Of a DNA stretch of 64,000 bases, positions 1 through 11,748 are shown piece after piece. Below the pieces are notes generated by a model. It was not told the DNA's origin, searched no databases, and worked only from the letters and a program-made list of their open reading frames with translations. Source of the stretch: Eledone cirrhosa (Eukaryota); the NCBI GenBank assembly GCA_964016885.1, contig OZ024745.1, positions 114,638,001 through 114,702,000 of the forward strand, written 5' to 3'. Numbering within the stretch: the stretch's first letter is position 1; the number at the start of each line of letters is the position of its first letter. Position numbers and translations under genes: made by a program.

Positions 1-34
1 GTTCTCGGTATGGTGAACTAACTGTTATGTAACC

Positions 35-38
<4 letters not shown>

Positions 39-124
<86 letters not shown>

Positions 125-131
125 ATATATA
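39..131. repeat. (TA)n microsatellite, representative of dozens of (TA)n, (CA)n, (GA)n, (GAA)n and (TACA)n tracts in the window
   Basis: Direct reading. Other large tracts lie at ~584-838, 7236-7370, 15393-15570, 16303-16817, 33570-33745 and 38700-39006. They generate the [12 protein letters not shown] ORFs. Confidence 0.99.
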
Positions 132-310
132 GTGTATTGGTGTGTAACGTTTAGTTACTATTGTTTCACCAATTTCAGCACTCAATGCTAATATGGGTCC
201 GGTTGCCGATGTGGTATTCTACATTTGGTATTTCACCTTATTCGGTATCCTTAAGAAGCAGAGTATTAATAATAGGAATAATAAGGAGCAAGAACGAATA
301 TATCAATATA

Positions 311-449
311 GCATCATCATGTTTATTCACGTATAACGCGCGTTTTACGATCGAGCAGCTCAAGGTGTGATCGGAATTGATCGATATGCTCGTACCTTGA
401 GCTGATCGATCGCGAAAAACGCGTCACGTGTGAATAAACATAACGGTGC
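311..449. repeat. Imperfect inverted repeat (~55-bp arms)
   Basis: atgtttattcac...cagctcaaggt (319-366) is the reverse complement of accttgagctg...gtgaataaacat (394-441). Confidence 0.85.
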
Positions 450-576
450 GTTTTTTTTTTTGTTTTTTTTTTAATGTAAACAAAACATTTTCCAGTACGC
501 TATGTTGTTAGACGAAATGAATTTAATTCCGATGACTACTATTAGGGTGAAACATATGTAAATTAAATCATGATAC

Positions 577-727
<151 letters not shown>

Positions 728-746
728 TATATACATATATATATAC

Positions 747-875
<129 letters not shown>

Positions 876-902
876 GAGCTCAGCTGTCGGGGTCCCGAAT
901 CC

Positions 903-940
<38 letters not shown>

Positions 941-1291
941 GATAAGAAACGAAAGGAGATGTGTGGTTACTAAAAACAAAGTTTAGGATGGTGGTTTGGA
1001 CGGAACATGTGGAGAAAAGAAGAAAGAATCCTTCGACAGCTGTAAATCCGCGATCCAGATGTTTCGGCGCTTATTTACAGGACATCTGTAGCGATCCACG
1101 GTGCACCCGAGGCCGTTTCTTAATCAAAAGGCCAGGAGGAAAAGAAGAGAAAAAGGAGAGAAAATGGAAGGAAAAAGAAGGAAAAGAGGAAGAAGAACAA
1201 AGGGGGAAGGGGGTGAGGGAAGAGGAAGAAAGAGAAAAAGGAAAAAAAGGTGAACAGATCCCATCGTGGGGAGACACAGGACAAAGGAACA

Positions 1292-1329
<38 letters not shown>

Positions 1330-1331
<2 letters not shown>

Positions 1332-1723
1332 CAAAAGGGATATTTAATTTGTTGGTAATTCAACAAATATATATGTTTATAACTGATTTGAAGCACTCGA
1401 CAAGTTTTCTGGAGTATAATATTCAATGATATTAAATAAATGGAAACTATATTTATAAAACCATATTTATTCTATTATATATATTTCAAGGGTACCAAAA
1501 GTTTGTTTTATAAATATTGACATATCCAGGATCTTAACAGATCAAGTTTTTCCAGGAAAAACTTGAACCGTTAAGATCTTCTTGTTGGATATGTCAATAT
1601 TTATAAAATAAACTTTGTATTTTATCTGATGAGAGCGTACCAAAGTGTTGGTACCCTTGAAATATATATAATAGAATAAATATATGGTTTTATAAATATA
1701 ATTTCCATTTATTTAATATCATT
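1330..1723. mobile_element. Asymmetric palindromic element between (TA)n tracts, Penelope pLTR/retrozyme-like; related to the 6.8-kb and 42.3-kb family
   Basis: Arms 1425-1552 and 1555-1723 centre on tttttccaggaaaaa. It shares tatactccag...gagtgcttc and t(a/g)ttttatCTGATGA with the 6.8-kb family. Confidence 0.75.
1618..1678 (+). ncRNA. Type I hammerhead ribozyme motif
   Basis: tattttat-CTGATGA-gagcgtaccaa/ttggtaccctt-GAAA-T-ATAT-ATA-atagaata. Stems I and II pair, loop 3 is palindromic, and the triplet is AUA. Confidence 0.8.
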
Positions 1724-1746
1724 GTATATATATATATATATATATA

Positions 1747-1783
1747 TTGCTGACGATAGCTAACAAGCTTGAAACTAGTACAG
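1747..1783 (+). ncRNA. Minimal hammerhead ribozyme motif
   Basis: ttg-CTGACGA-tagc/taacaa/gctt-GAAAC-TA-GTA-cag, directly after a (TA)n tract. Stem I is short. Confidence 0.6.
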
Positions 1784-2054
1784 CGTTCCTTTGTCAGTGT
1801 TGAACAAACGATCAACGGTAGTTGCTAGACACTACGGCTTAATACGGGATGTTTGTTTACAAACACACCGAGCATTATAATAAATGTTCGGTGAATCCAT
1901 ACGTGCATATATATATATATATGTGTGCATGTATGTATATATATATACATACTACTGTACGTCTGTATACATATATGTATGTACGTGTACATACTTATAT
2001 TTAAGTAACAGCCGTACTAAGAGTGGGAAATGAAATATCGTTTCATTTTTTTCC

Positions 2055-2129
<75 letters not shown>

Positions 2130-3024
2130 AGTTCGTTATTTGATTCAGTGAAATTATTTTGGGCTGGGCGTTCCAAGTGATGGCCAAACAGTAGTTTACC
2201 CACTCTAAATGTTGTTACTAGTTCTCCATGAATGAACCTCCATCTCTTTTTCTCGCTGGTTCTAAACATATATACTTCTTGCAATATTTGTTAGTAACTA
2301 GATACAATTCAAAATGTATACAATAAAATGTATTAATCAGAAGAAAAAAATCTAGTTTCAAATACAATAGTTCTGAATCGTACAATTCAGGTCGATTAAT
2401 ATAGGACTTGAGACGTCATGGCAACGCATTTGTTTGCCTGCGCCAAAGGCAGAGTGGGTCTGTGTTTAAAAAAAAGAAGGAAAAAGTATTCCAAATAATA
2501 AGATACTAGGAAATAAACAAAAATTGTTAATAAATCATCCAGTCAAATATATGTGATGCTAGAAAAAATATTGACACAATAATTGATGTGACTAAGTGGA
2601 TGATTTACACTGGACTGCAATAATTTGATGGATTTTTTTTCCCTTTTAAAAGGTGATTTTAAAGCTATTTGTCGCCCCAAAATTCATCTACTACACTTTT
2701 GAAGCTATTAATAATGCTTTTTTCTTCGTATTTTACAATTTAATATACATTCTTAGCTGGCAATGTATATAAAAAAAAGCTTTTTAAATTTATATTTATG
2801 AACTTGAATACCGCATATACATATATATACACACCTACACACACATAAACACACACATATATATATATATATATGTACATTATGATATATGTACATGATG
2901 AATATAAGTCAATTTATTATTATTACTATTTGGCTCCCTCGGTTGAGCACTCTATTGACTTATATTCATCATGCAGAAACAACATCTGAATATTTCTACA
3001 AAGAACATACCCGTACCAAGCAGG

Positions 3025-3275
3025 AAAACATACCTAAAATCGTCTTCCTGTCTTCCTCCGGTTGCAACGTTTTTTTTGAAATATTCACTTCTGCGTTCAC
3101 AGATTGACTTTGTTAGTTTCAGAAGATCCCGTTAAGGGTGAAAGCAGCGATTCTTTGCGTAAACTTTAATCTGTTATTTTAATAAATAGTTGCTCTATAT
3201 TGGTATATATTTATCCTTATCGAGCCCTCTTTGGATTTTAGTCTTCAAATTTATTATTATTACTATTATTATTAT
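3025..3275 (+). mobile_element. Interspersed element with hammerhead-like core variant (CAGAAGA); second copy at ~39720-39965
   Basis: The two copies are clearly similar: agttt-CAGAAGA-tccc/gggt-GAAA...aaact, then AATAAA and an (ATT)n/(TA)n tail. Confidence 0.65.
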
Positions 3276-3407
3276 TATTACTATATATATATATATATAT
3301 CAGACAACACTCGCCTCCTATATATATATATATATATATATACATTTATATATATATATGCTTCAAAAATGTAATATATGTTTGTTTTCAAATTCACTTT
3401 AGCTCTA

Positions 3408-3572
3408 ATAATTGTTTCTACTTTAGGCACCAGTGCATTACTGGTACTTTATTTTATCGACCCCGTGAGGATGAAAGGCAAAGTCAACCTCGGCGGAATT
3501 TGAACTCAGATCGTAAAGGGAGGTAACTATGCTGGAAAGCATGGCGTCCGACCCTCTACCGATACTGCCAAA
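3408..3572 (-). mobile_element. tRNA-derived SINE, family 1 (Meta-domain-like core)
   Basis: A box TGGCAGTATCGG, B box GAGTTCAAATTCC, core gactttgcctttcatcc...gggtcgataaaataaagtaccag. Confidence 0.9.
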
Positions 3573-4004
3573 TGGCTTCTAAGGACATCATCAATAGCAC
3601 AGGCATATATATTTATACGTATGTAGTGCATTGTTTGCTAAAAAGTAAAAACAAGATTGGACAGTCCTTATTTAGATAGTTTACTATACTTAGCACGAAG
3701 AGGCCGAGAGAAGTGTTGGGCTCTAATCAAAATATGTTGTATTTATATTGCTGTATTGAGAAATTGTAGCCACGGCGAAAAGAAAAACCTAGTTTTGGAG
3801 AGGCCCTATTGTAAGACGTGAGCATAGAAATCCTGTCAATGACTGTTACATCTGTTCATGAAAAATGAAAGGTTACAATATCAGGAACAAAAATAAAAAA
3901 AGGCTTCTTTTCTTAAATCAGCCATAAAGTTCTGTTTTTCACGATTTGGCCATTTGTATCCTACGTTCGTCTGACGGTCTGAATCCTTATAATTGTCTAA
4001 AGTA

Positions 4005-4344
4005 TAAAGTTTGTCTCGTGTCCAGTGGCTCATGCGGCCGGTGCTTATCCCAGTTTTCTTATCGTGAAGTGACTGAGAGTACAATACTCCCCACTGGATA
4101 GGGCGTCAATCCATCGTAAGGTTAAACCACCAGTTATTGCTGGTACTCATTTTCAGCTGAGTATACTGGAACATTGTGTAATGAAGTGTTTTGCTCAAGA
4201 ATACAACATGCAATTCAGTCCAGGAATCGAATCCACAACATTATAATCGTAAGTCCAACGCTCAAGAAGACAACACGCAACCCAGTTCAGGAAGCGAACC
4301 TATGGCATTATGATCGTAAATCCAACACACTTACCACTAGGCCA
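4005..4344 (-). mobile_element. tRNA-derived SINE, family 2 (CORE/V-domain-like), with duplicated head
   Basis: tggcctagtggtaag head and tgtgt(t)cttgagcaaaacactt core. The B-box/core segment occurs twice. Homologous to 9824 and 58160. Confidence 0.85.
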
Positions 4345-5265
4345 AATTCAAACAATAAGGATGTGTTTATGAACCGGGAGAAAATAACTAAGCACCAAAA
4401 TCATTAATATAAGCGGAATTGAACGTCTGGTTTAAAAAGTACGAGTAAGATTTTGTATCGTGTTTTGCAAGAGGATAGTACCCTAAATTTCGCAAGTATA
4501 TTTGGGGATTGATGTGTAAACTAGGCATCAAATTATTTATTGGGATTTAGTTATTGCTCCTTGAAAGGGTAGTCTCAAAGGATTGACACTTACAATGACA
4601 GTGCCAAAACCAGTTGATAGAGTAATTAATTTAAAATAAAATTACGAAAAAAATATAAAATATGAAAAATACGGATGAATATTGTTTATTGTCAGCAACC
4701 CTCATAGAAAAGAAGAGATAATCTAAAGTAATTGAGATTTAATTTTTCAAAATTAATTTACATCTTTTGGGAAAACCAGTTTGTTGTCTGCAAGCAAATT
4801 ATTTCGTCAGTAATAAGATTGCACTAACACTCAATATATCATATGCGAATGGGATAATAACCGAAGAAAAATTGACCTCTCATGAATCTTATTTCAAGAC
4901 CACAGAAAATGTTCAAATAATGTGTTGTTACCAACCTTGTATATCAAATTAGGCTTCATAAAGATGGATGTCAAAACATTAAAAAATTATAGCGATTGCT
5001 TTAAATAAATGCCTTCAAAATATAAAAAGAAAATCAGCTACTAGAAAATAATGGAATGTGCCTGCCACAGAAACACTTATAAGATTTTGCTAGATGATAG
5101 ATATCTCCTCACAATGAATAAAAATGAAAACGAAACGTCCTTTCGTTTGAAAAGCATTAGTTTGAAAAACACCAAAAAGTTATAATTATGAAAATCAGGT
5201 ATATATATATATTAGTGAAAGAGTGAAGAATAACATGGTGGGCTGTACAAAAAGGGTTTTATTTA

Positions 5266-5380
5266 CAGTATTAACAATTGTTTCATTGATCAGGTGAGTC
5301 TAAAGGCCGCTAATCACTCAAAGTTGCGTCACTCGACCTTAAATACAGTGTGTGTTTCTGATCAAACCATCGGAATACTG
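5266..5380 (-). ncRNA. Degenerate hammerhead motif
   Basis: cagtatt-CCGATGG-tttgatcag...ctgatcaat-GAAAC-AATT-GTT-aatactg. Stem I is a perfect 7 bp, loop 3 is palindromic, and the core has two substitutions. AATAAA and (TA)n follow. Confidence 0.6.
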
Positions 5381-5753
5381 GAGGGTGTAACACATGGCAT
5401 TGGTATTTATAGATACATCGGAGAATCAAGTGAGTGAAAACAATAACATCAATAATAAAAGATAAAAGATAATAATAAAGAAGTTAGAATGAAAATGATA
5501 AAAAATAAGCAAAATGTAAAAATTAAGCAAAAAATAGGTACAGAATACGATTGCTGATAATAGTAATGGTGGTGGTGGTAGTTGAAGTTATAGTGGTGAG
5601 TAAGTGGATGTGTAAAGTAGTGATGACGGTAAAAATAACAATAACATGAAAAGAAATACGAAATACATATGTAGTATAAATGCAAGAAGTATAATCAAAT
5701 TTCAGAGGATTAAAATAAAAAATAAAAATAAAAAAATAAAACATAAGTAAGAG

Positions 5754-5834
<81 letters not shown>

Positions 5835-6093
5835 CAGTGGAACCTCGGTTCACGAACGGTCTCTTGAGTAACGAACACGCAAGCTGGCAACAACGGTTGG
5901 CAACAAGCTTAGAGTATCGGCGGTAAAAAGTAGCATTTGCTGTGTAGTTAGTTATTATGGCAATATCTATCTGTTTTTCTCTCCCATCGTATTTCTCTCT
6001 CAACATTTCGTATGGTCAAAATGGTTTGGGTTTGCAAACATTTCGGGTGGTGAACGGCCTTCGCCAACGAATTAAGTTCCTGAAGTTCTAATG
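5835..6093. mobile_element. Tc1/mariner-pogo (Tigger-like) MITE, degraded
   Basis: TA-CAGTGGAACCTCGG left end and a degenerate right end gaagttctaatg-TA. Confidence 0.55.
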
Positions 6094-6573
6094 TATATAT
6101 ATTTACCTGTCTTTCATAATTATAACTTATACTTCAAAGTATATGCAATATGAGCCTGAAGTTTTTCCTTGTAATCTGAGATATCTAAAGTGACGGATAA
6201 GGAGGCTGCTTCCACTGATAAATAAAAATTTGAAGGGAAAATATCAATGGAAATGGAATGTCAATTTGATGGTGAACTATATAAGACAAGATTTGACTGA
6301 TGTACAGCATAAGAAGTCGCCGTCCCATACCTATAACACCACCATACCTATATACTAACAAGGTCATACGCATAGAAATCACAGCATACAGGAATATTTT
6401 AATATATTTTATTGTGTGATATATAGAGTTATGTATAATATATTATACGAAATAACATGGTTTGGAAAAAGGACATTACTCTCTCTTATGACAACAAAAA
6501 GTGAGCTCCTCTAGATCAGACTGGAAAAAAACATTTTCATCATATGGGTACCGGAAGTACGAATGTGCAACAG

Positions 6574-6628
<55 letters not shown>

Positions 6629-6714
6629 TATGCATACTCCAGTCCTACAAATTGTAGAGTGCTTCTTATCCGATATCTGCATTGCTTTATTGTACTACAA
6701 TAAAACTCACCTCC

Positions 6715-6765
<51 letters not shown>

Positions 6766-6895
6766 ATATGTAGGAGGTGAGTTTTATTGTAGTACAATAA
6801 AGCAATGCAGATATCGGATAAGAAGCACTCTACAGTTTGTAGGACTGGAGTATACATAATATATAAGAACAAAAGATGGTTAAAAGAGTTCCATG

Positions 6896-6966
6896 TATTT
6901 TAGTATGCGCATTTCAAAAACAAATATCATCATGCAATAATATTTGTGTTTTCATCAGATAAAACA
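6896..6966 (-). ncRNA. Type I hammerhead motif (inverted copy)
   Basis: Reverse complement of the 7128-7198 motif, with one stem I mismatch next to the cleavage site. Confidence 0.7.
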
Positions 6967-7127
6967 GGAAGACATGATATGAAGGTTAAAAAACACTTGT
7001 GGATAGTGCAGTTTTAAATCAACATATAAAAATTTTCATTTAATCCAGAATTGTTGTTTAATCCAGATATGTTGATTTAAAACTGCACTATCCACAAGTG
7101 TTTTTTAACCTTCATATCATGTCTTCC

Positions 7128-7198
7128 TGTTTTATCTGATGAAAACACAAATATTATTGCATGATGATATTTGTTTTTGAAATGCGCATAATAAAATA
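7128..7198 (+). ncRNA. Type I hammerhead ribozyme motif
   Basis: tgttttat-CTGATGA-aaacacaaatattatt/gatgatatttgtttt-GAAA-T-GCGC-ATA-ataaaata. Confidence 0.85.
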
Positions 7199-7256
7199 CA
7201 TGGAACTCTTTTAACCATCTTTTGTTCTTATATATTATATATATATATATGTATAC

Positions 7257-7370
<114 letters not shown>

Positions 7371-7572
7371 CATATATAGTATATAGTAAACAACGTAAAA
7401 GAAATTAATTCACAGCAAAAGAGAAAAAAACTATAAATAAATTTCCTCTTTTTTTTTAAGATATAAGTAGGTTTTCAGAAATAGTCATGATTATTTAAAT
7501 AGTTTTAGTACTTAACCAACTTCGCTGAGTAGTTTTTCAAAAGTTTACATTCTGGTTTGTATTATACATATC

Positions 7573-7757
7573 GGTGGATTGGCAGTATCGGTAGAGCGTC
7601 GGATACAGCATAGTGAGGTCTCTTTACGTTCTGATTTTAAATCCCGCCGAGGTTAGCTTTGCCTTTTGATAAATAAAGCACCATTAATGTACTGGGGTCA
7701 ATTTAATCGACTTCCCCTTCCTCTTCAAATTACTGGCCTTGCACCTAAAGTAGAAAC

Positions 7758-7762
<5 letters not shown>
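7573..7762 (+). mobile_element. SINE family 1
   Basis: ggtggattggcagtatcggtagag ... cctaaagtagaaacaatta. Confidence 0.88.
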
Positions 7763-7792
<30 letters not shown>

Positions 7793-8238
7793 CATGTTGC
7801 TATGCGTGTGCATGTCTGTGTGTGTGTTGAATTTCCGAGATGAATTATCCTGATCATGATCATAAACTGATTTATTTGAGAGAATATTCTGTTGCGCTAA
7901 GAAATTTAGTTTAGAAGACGATTCTTCAGTCCCTCAAGACAAGAGTGGTATTTTTGAACATCTTATGCAATCAGCAATCAGTGATAATCTCAAAGCTAGA
8001 GCATTGAGATTCATACAATAAATATCTACAACAGCAATTTGGATAATTGCATTGGAAAACTTGAAAGTCGCAAAGATATTTACAGCCATAGAGATTTTGT
8101 CACCTGAATCAGAAGCATTCTTAAAAGCTTCAAATTTATTTCATATTTGTGACCTTGTTAATATAAATTGCTTGGGCGGCTTGTTTCTTAAAGAACTGTG
8201 TTGTCAAACGCAACATTTTAGAAAACAATATTTTAAAC

Positions 8239-8440
8239 GCAGTATCGGTGGAGCATCGTACAACATGCTTTATGGCATAGAGTTAAGGCTCTTTACGAGT
8301 TCAAATCCTGTCACGGTTAGCTATGCGTTTCATCTTTACGGGGTCGATAGAATAAAGTACCAGTAATGCACTGGCGTCGATTTAATCGACTTTCCCTTCC
8401 CCAAAATTGTTGGCCTTGTGCCTAAATCAGAAACCAATAT
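8239..8440 (+). mobile_element. SINE family 1
   Basis: B box, core and 3' tail match the other copies. Confidence 0.85.
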
Positions 8441-8645
8441 TTTAAACAAGCTGTCAGATATCTGTTCTTCGTTGTATTTATTTTGAGGCCACTTTCCCAG
8501 ATATCCTACAGCATGTACGCTGCAAACCACATTCTGATTTATATACTTACACCCTATCAGCGTTTTATGGCACATTAATGAAAGAGCAATCTCACGCTTG
8601 CATTCACAGAAACTAAACAGTAAAGAGATTTTTTTCAACATTTCT

Positions 8646-8824
8646 CAGATCTGCCAACCTCTAAAAACCCAAAAGGGGTGTACCAGGAAAAAAAGAGAAA
8701 TGAGGCAAAATGGGGAGATTTTACATTGATGAAAGCTTTACCCATTTTTACAAGAGGAGACATGAAGACACTTTGGGGTGAGTGAGAGATCTCCCCATTT
8801 TGACGGTGAGAGTTGACAGGTCTG
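8646..8824. mobile_element. Small MITE with 13-17-bp TIRs (hAT-like)
   Basis: cagatctgccaac...gttgacaggtctg. Confidence 0.55.
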
Positions 8825-9027
8825 ATTTGTGTTGTAAGTCAAGAAAATTACAATTCTTTTAAGACATTTATTATAATTGTAATGTTTCTGTTAGTTATTA
8901 CTAATTACATTTGGTTTGCAATAATTTTGTAAATTTTGTACATTTTTAACATCAAGAGAAAATTTTGAAGGTTGTCTATGAACGGTTGGTTTTGGTATAT
9001 ACAAGCCCTAGTAGCTTGGGTTTTTGT

Positions 9028-9187
9028 ATTAGGCACAAGGCCAACAATGTGTGTGTGTGGGGGGGGGGGTCGTAAGGATGAAAGGCGAAGCTAACCTCGG
9101 CGGGATTTGAACTCAGAACGTAAAGGGCCGTAACTATATACCGCAAAGTATGTTGTCCGACGCTCTACCGATACTACCAATCCACCA
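9028..9187 (-). mobile_element. SINE family 1, internally deleted
   Basis: ggatgaaaggcgaagctaacctcggcgggatttgaactcag...gatactaccaatccacc. Confidence 0.85.
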
Positions 9188-9823
9188 CTTAATATAGTGA
9201 TATAATAGTAAATGTAAATTAAAAACATAATATACTATGAAGATTTAAAATCATTGGGAATTAGAGTACGCACCTTCAAGTCTTGAAACCCCTCCTCTAT
9301 CGAGCACCAAAACCTACACAAAATACCTTATTCAATTGGTAATAGATATAGATGGGACCAATTAATGATCAATTTTGCGAGGAAACGGTCACAGCTGAAG
9401 TTCTATATTGATATAAATAAAATTACTTTCGTTGATGATCTTGAAAAGGAGAAAATACTATTGAATACGTTAAAGAAGACGTATCTAGATCTTACACAGC
9501 GTGAACTGCACCGACAACCACTGAGAAAAGAGAGGAGGCGAGAGAAAGAGAGAGAAAGTGAGAGAGGGGGAGGATAGATATAGAGAGAGGGGGAGAGAGA
9601 AAGTGAATGTAAAAGAAGATTGTTTACGACTGTCTCCACGACTTATAAAGTATTTTTCAGGCCGGAAGTTAACAGAGTTAGCTAGGTTTCCTTGGAAATG
9701 ATATACAGTATTATATGTTTCCACAGAACAGAAGGTTGGATGGTTTTGTATGATAGTAAATGAAACTGTTCCAACAGACTGCTGATATCCATTAACAATT
9801 TATCGACTGTCCATAGAAAGAAA

Positions 9824-10110
9824 GTGGAAGTGCGTAGCCTAGTGGTAAGGGTGTTGGGCTTACAATCATAGTATCGCGGATTCGATGCCTGAACTGGGTT
9901 GTGTGTTGTGTTCTTGAGCAAAACACTTCATTTTGCGTTGCACTCAGTACACTCAGTTGAAAATTAGTACCAGCAATAGTTGGAGGTTTAAACCTGCGAT
10001 GGACTGGCGTCTTATCCAGGGGAAGACTTGTATTCTCAGTCGCCCCATGCCACGGTAACCAGAATAAGCACCTGCCCGATGAGCCACCGGGCTCGAGACA
10101 AGCTTTAGAC
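9824..10110 (+). mobile_element. SINE family 2
   Basis: A box tagcctagtggtaag, B box ggattcgatgcc, core tgtgttcttgagcaaaacactt. Confidence 0.88.
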
Positions 10111-10236
10111 TTTTTAGATAGAAAGAATAATTATGAAATATGTATATCAAGAAAGAAGGCATATGTACAAGTAAGAAGAGTACATGTTATTTGAACATTG
10201 TAAAACTAACTAACTTATTGTTTTCTTGTTACATTA

Positions 10237-10658
10237 CAGGAGCGGTGGAACTGGGGTGGAGAGCAGGCCCCCTCCATAATTATATTTTTCTCCTCAAACT
10301 ACCAAAAAAAACACTTCTATTTGTATATGCGCTACAATTTATGTACATATATTTATCGTATATCAAAGTTTTTTTATATCTTGGTTGATATTTGATAATT
10401 GTTTCTACTTTGGGTACAAGGCCAGCAATTAACCAGAGCATTAATGGTACTTTATTTTATCGACCACTGTAAGGATGAAAGGCAAAGTCAACCTCGGCGG
10501 GATTTGAACTCAGACCGTAAAGGCGTCCGACCCTCTACCGATACTGCCAATCCACCGCCAGTGATATTTGATAATAATAGCTAAACTAATCACTACAACT
10601 AAATTAACCAAATTTGCACCGCCACCTCGCCAATTCAGAAATACTTCCACCGCCCCTG
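10237..10658. mobile_element. hAT-like MITE with a nested SINE
   Basis: TIRs caggagcggtggaa / ttccaccgcccctg. Confidence 0.6.
10396..10560 (-). mobile_element. SINE family 1 with TSD
   Basis: Flanked by the direct repeat tgatatttgataat. Confidence 0.9.
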
Positions 10659-10794
10659 TATTATAAGGCCTTAAATGTTTATGGGAGAAGTGAAGACCTC
10701 ATGCACCTTCCAGGTGAGTAACTGCCTTCAACTGAAAATAGGACCTAGCTTGTGCTTTTGCCTCACCAGATAGGTATTCTACATTTGCACTGTT

Positions 10795-10925
10795 TGGTTT
10801 TTAGGTCATATGATAAAATTGATTTTAGGTCCTATGGTTATATTGATTCATAGGCCACATGAATATATTGATTTTATAGGTCACATGAATATATTGGTTT
10901 ATATAGGTCATACGAATAAATTGAC
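10795..10925. repeat. Degenerate ~27-30-bp tandem repeat, about 5 units
   Basis: Repeated taggtca(t/c)atga(a)tatattgattt units. Confidence 0.7.
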
Positions 10926-11002
10926 CGATTTTCAGCAGTTTTCGTTCAATCAGATTTTTTCCCTGCTAATAAATAGGTCGTGTCTTTAAATGCGTTACTT
11001 TT

Positions 11003-11040
<38 letters not shown>

Positions 11041-11230
11041 TTTATCTGATTGTCCCGAATCTTCTATTATCGATTTTTTTATCGTACGGTTGATTTTAGA
11101 CTTGTTCTATGTGTGACGGTATTTTAACGATAGTTATAGCTCTGATTTATCTGAATCATTGAGCCCTCTGCCGCTCATTTCGAATTTTGTTTATCGTGAA
11201 CTCGTGCGCCGATTTTTCGATACTCGATCA

Positions 11231-11267
<37 letters not shown>

Positions 11268-11269
<2 letters not shown>

Positions 11270-11458
11270 CGAAGGAATTGTGGTAAGGAACCAGATGGAT
11301 CATAACGCACCAGAGTACTCAATACTTAGGGTAGTAGAGTGGGTAATAGGAAAAAGTATGACCCCGACGGCAGAGCTCAAGCCGTTTCGACGGCTATTTC
11401 TGGAGTCCAGAAATAGCCGTCGAAACGGCTTGAGCTCTGCCGTCGGGGTCATACTTTT

Positions 11459-11462
<4 letters not shown>
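11268..11462 (-). mobile_element. Snap-back palindromic element in (TA)n carrying the 3' half of a hammerhead (family G, copy 1)
   Basis: Perfect ~55-bp arms around ctggagtccag. Contains GAAAC-ggc...gcc-GTC-ggggtcat. A ~80-bp unique tail ends in (TA)n. Confidence 0.85.
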
Positions 11463-11497
<35 letters not shown>

Positions 11498-11574
11498 ATT
11501 TTTTTTTTGTGGTGCAATTTAGAGATAGACATATTCTATGAAAAACATAGAGCTGTCAGGTTTGATTAATTTTG

Positions 11575-11748
11575 CAGTATTTCTTCTGGCTCTTTACATT
11601 CTGAATTCAAATCCTGCCGAGGTCAACTTTGCATTTCATCCTTCCGGAGTCGATAAAATAAAATACCAGTCATTTACTGCGGTTGATTCAATCAACTTTG
11701 CCCTGCCCCCAAATTTGCTGAAATTGTGCCTAAATTAGAAACCAATAT
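11575..11748 (+). mobile_element. SINE family 1, diverged
   Basis: gaattcaaatcctgccgaggtcaactttgcatttcatcc core. Confidence 0.8.

Larger units (their letters stand above)
6627..7235. mobile_element. Compound palindromic hammerhead element: 3' fragment, (TA)n, inverted long arm, then fold-back short arm
   Basis: 6627-6718 is inverted at 6769-6860, and 6857-7030 is inverted at 7066-7235. Same family as 42211-42621. Confidence 0.85.

Noticed and set aside
1028-1132. Minus-strand GAAAC...GTC-gaagg with upstream ccttTTGATTA
   Set aside because: Core is non-canonical and stem II poorly defined; too degenerate to call.
4480-5190. Coding-looking AT-rich stretches (also 7850-8230, 59130-59760, 61670-62200)
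   Set aside because: No recognisable motifs or sustained ORF; probably decayed transposons, not assignable.
7020-7062. KQQFWIK / SGLN peptides resembling a GIY-YIG C-terminus
   Set aside because: Too short, and the two motifs are in different frames.
10690-10720. Isolated splice-like sites (caggtgagt; also ttcagACgtatgt near 21284)
   Set aside because: No supporting exon structure, so no host gene can be supported.
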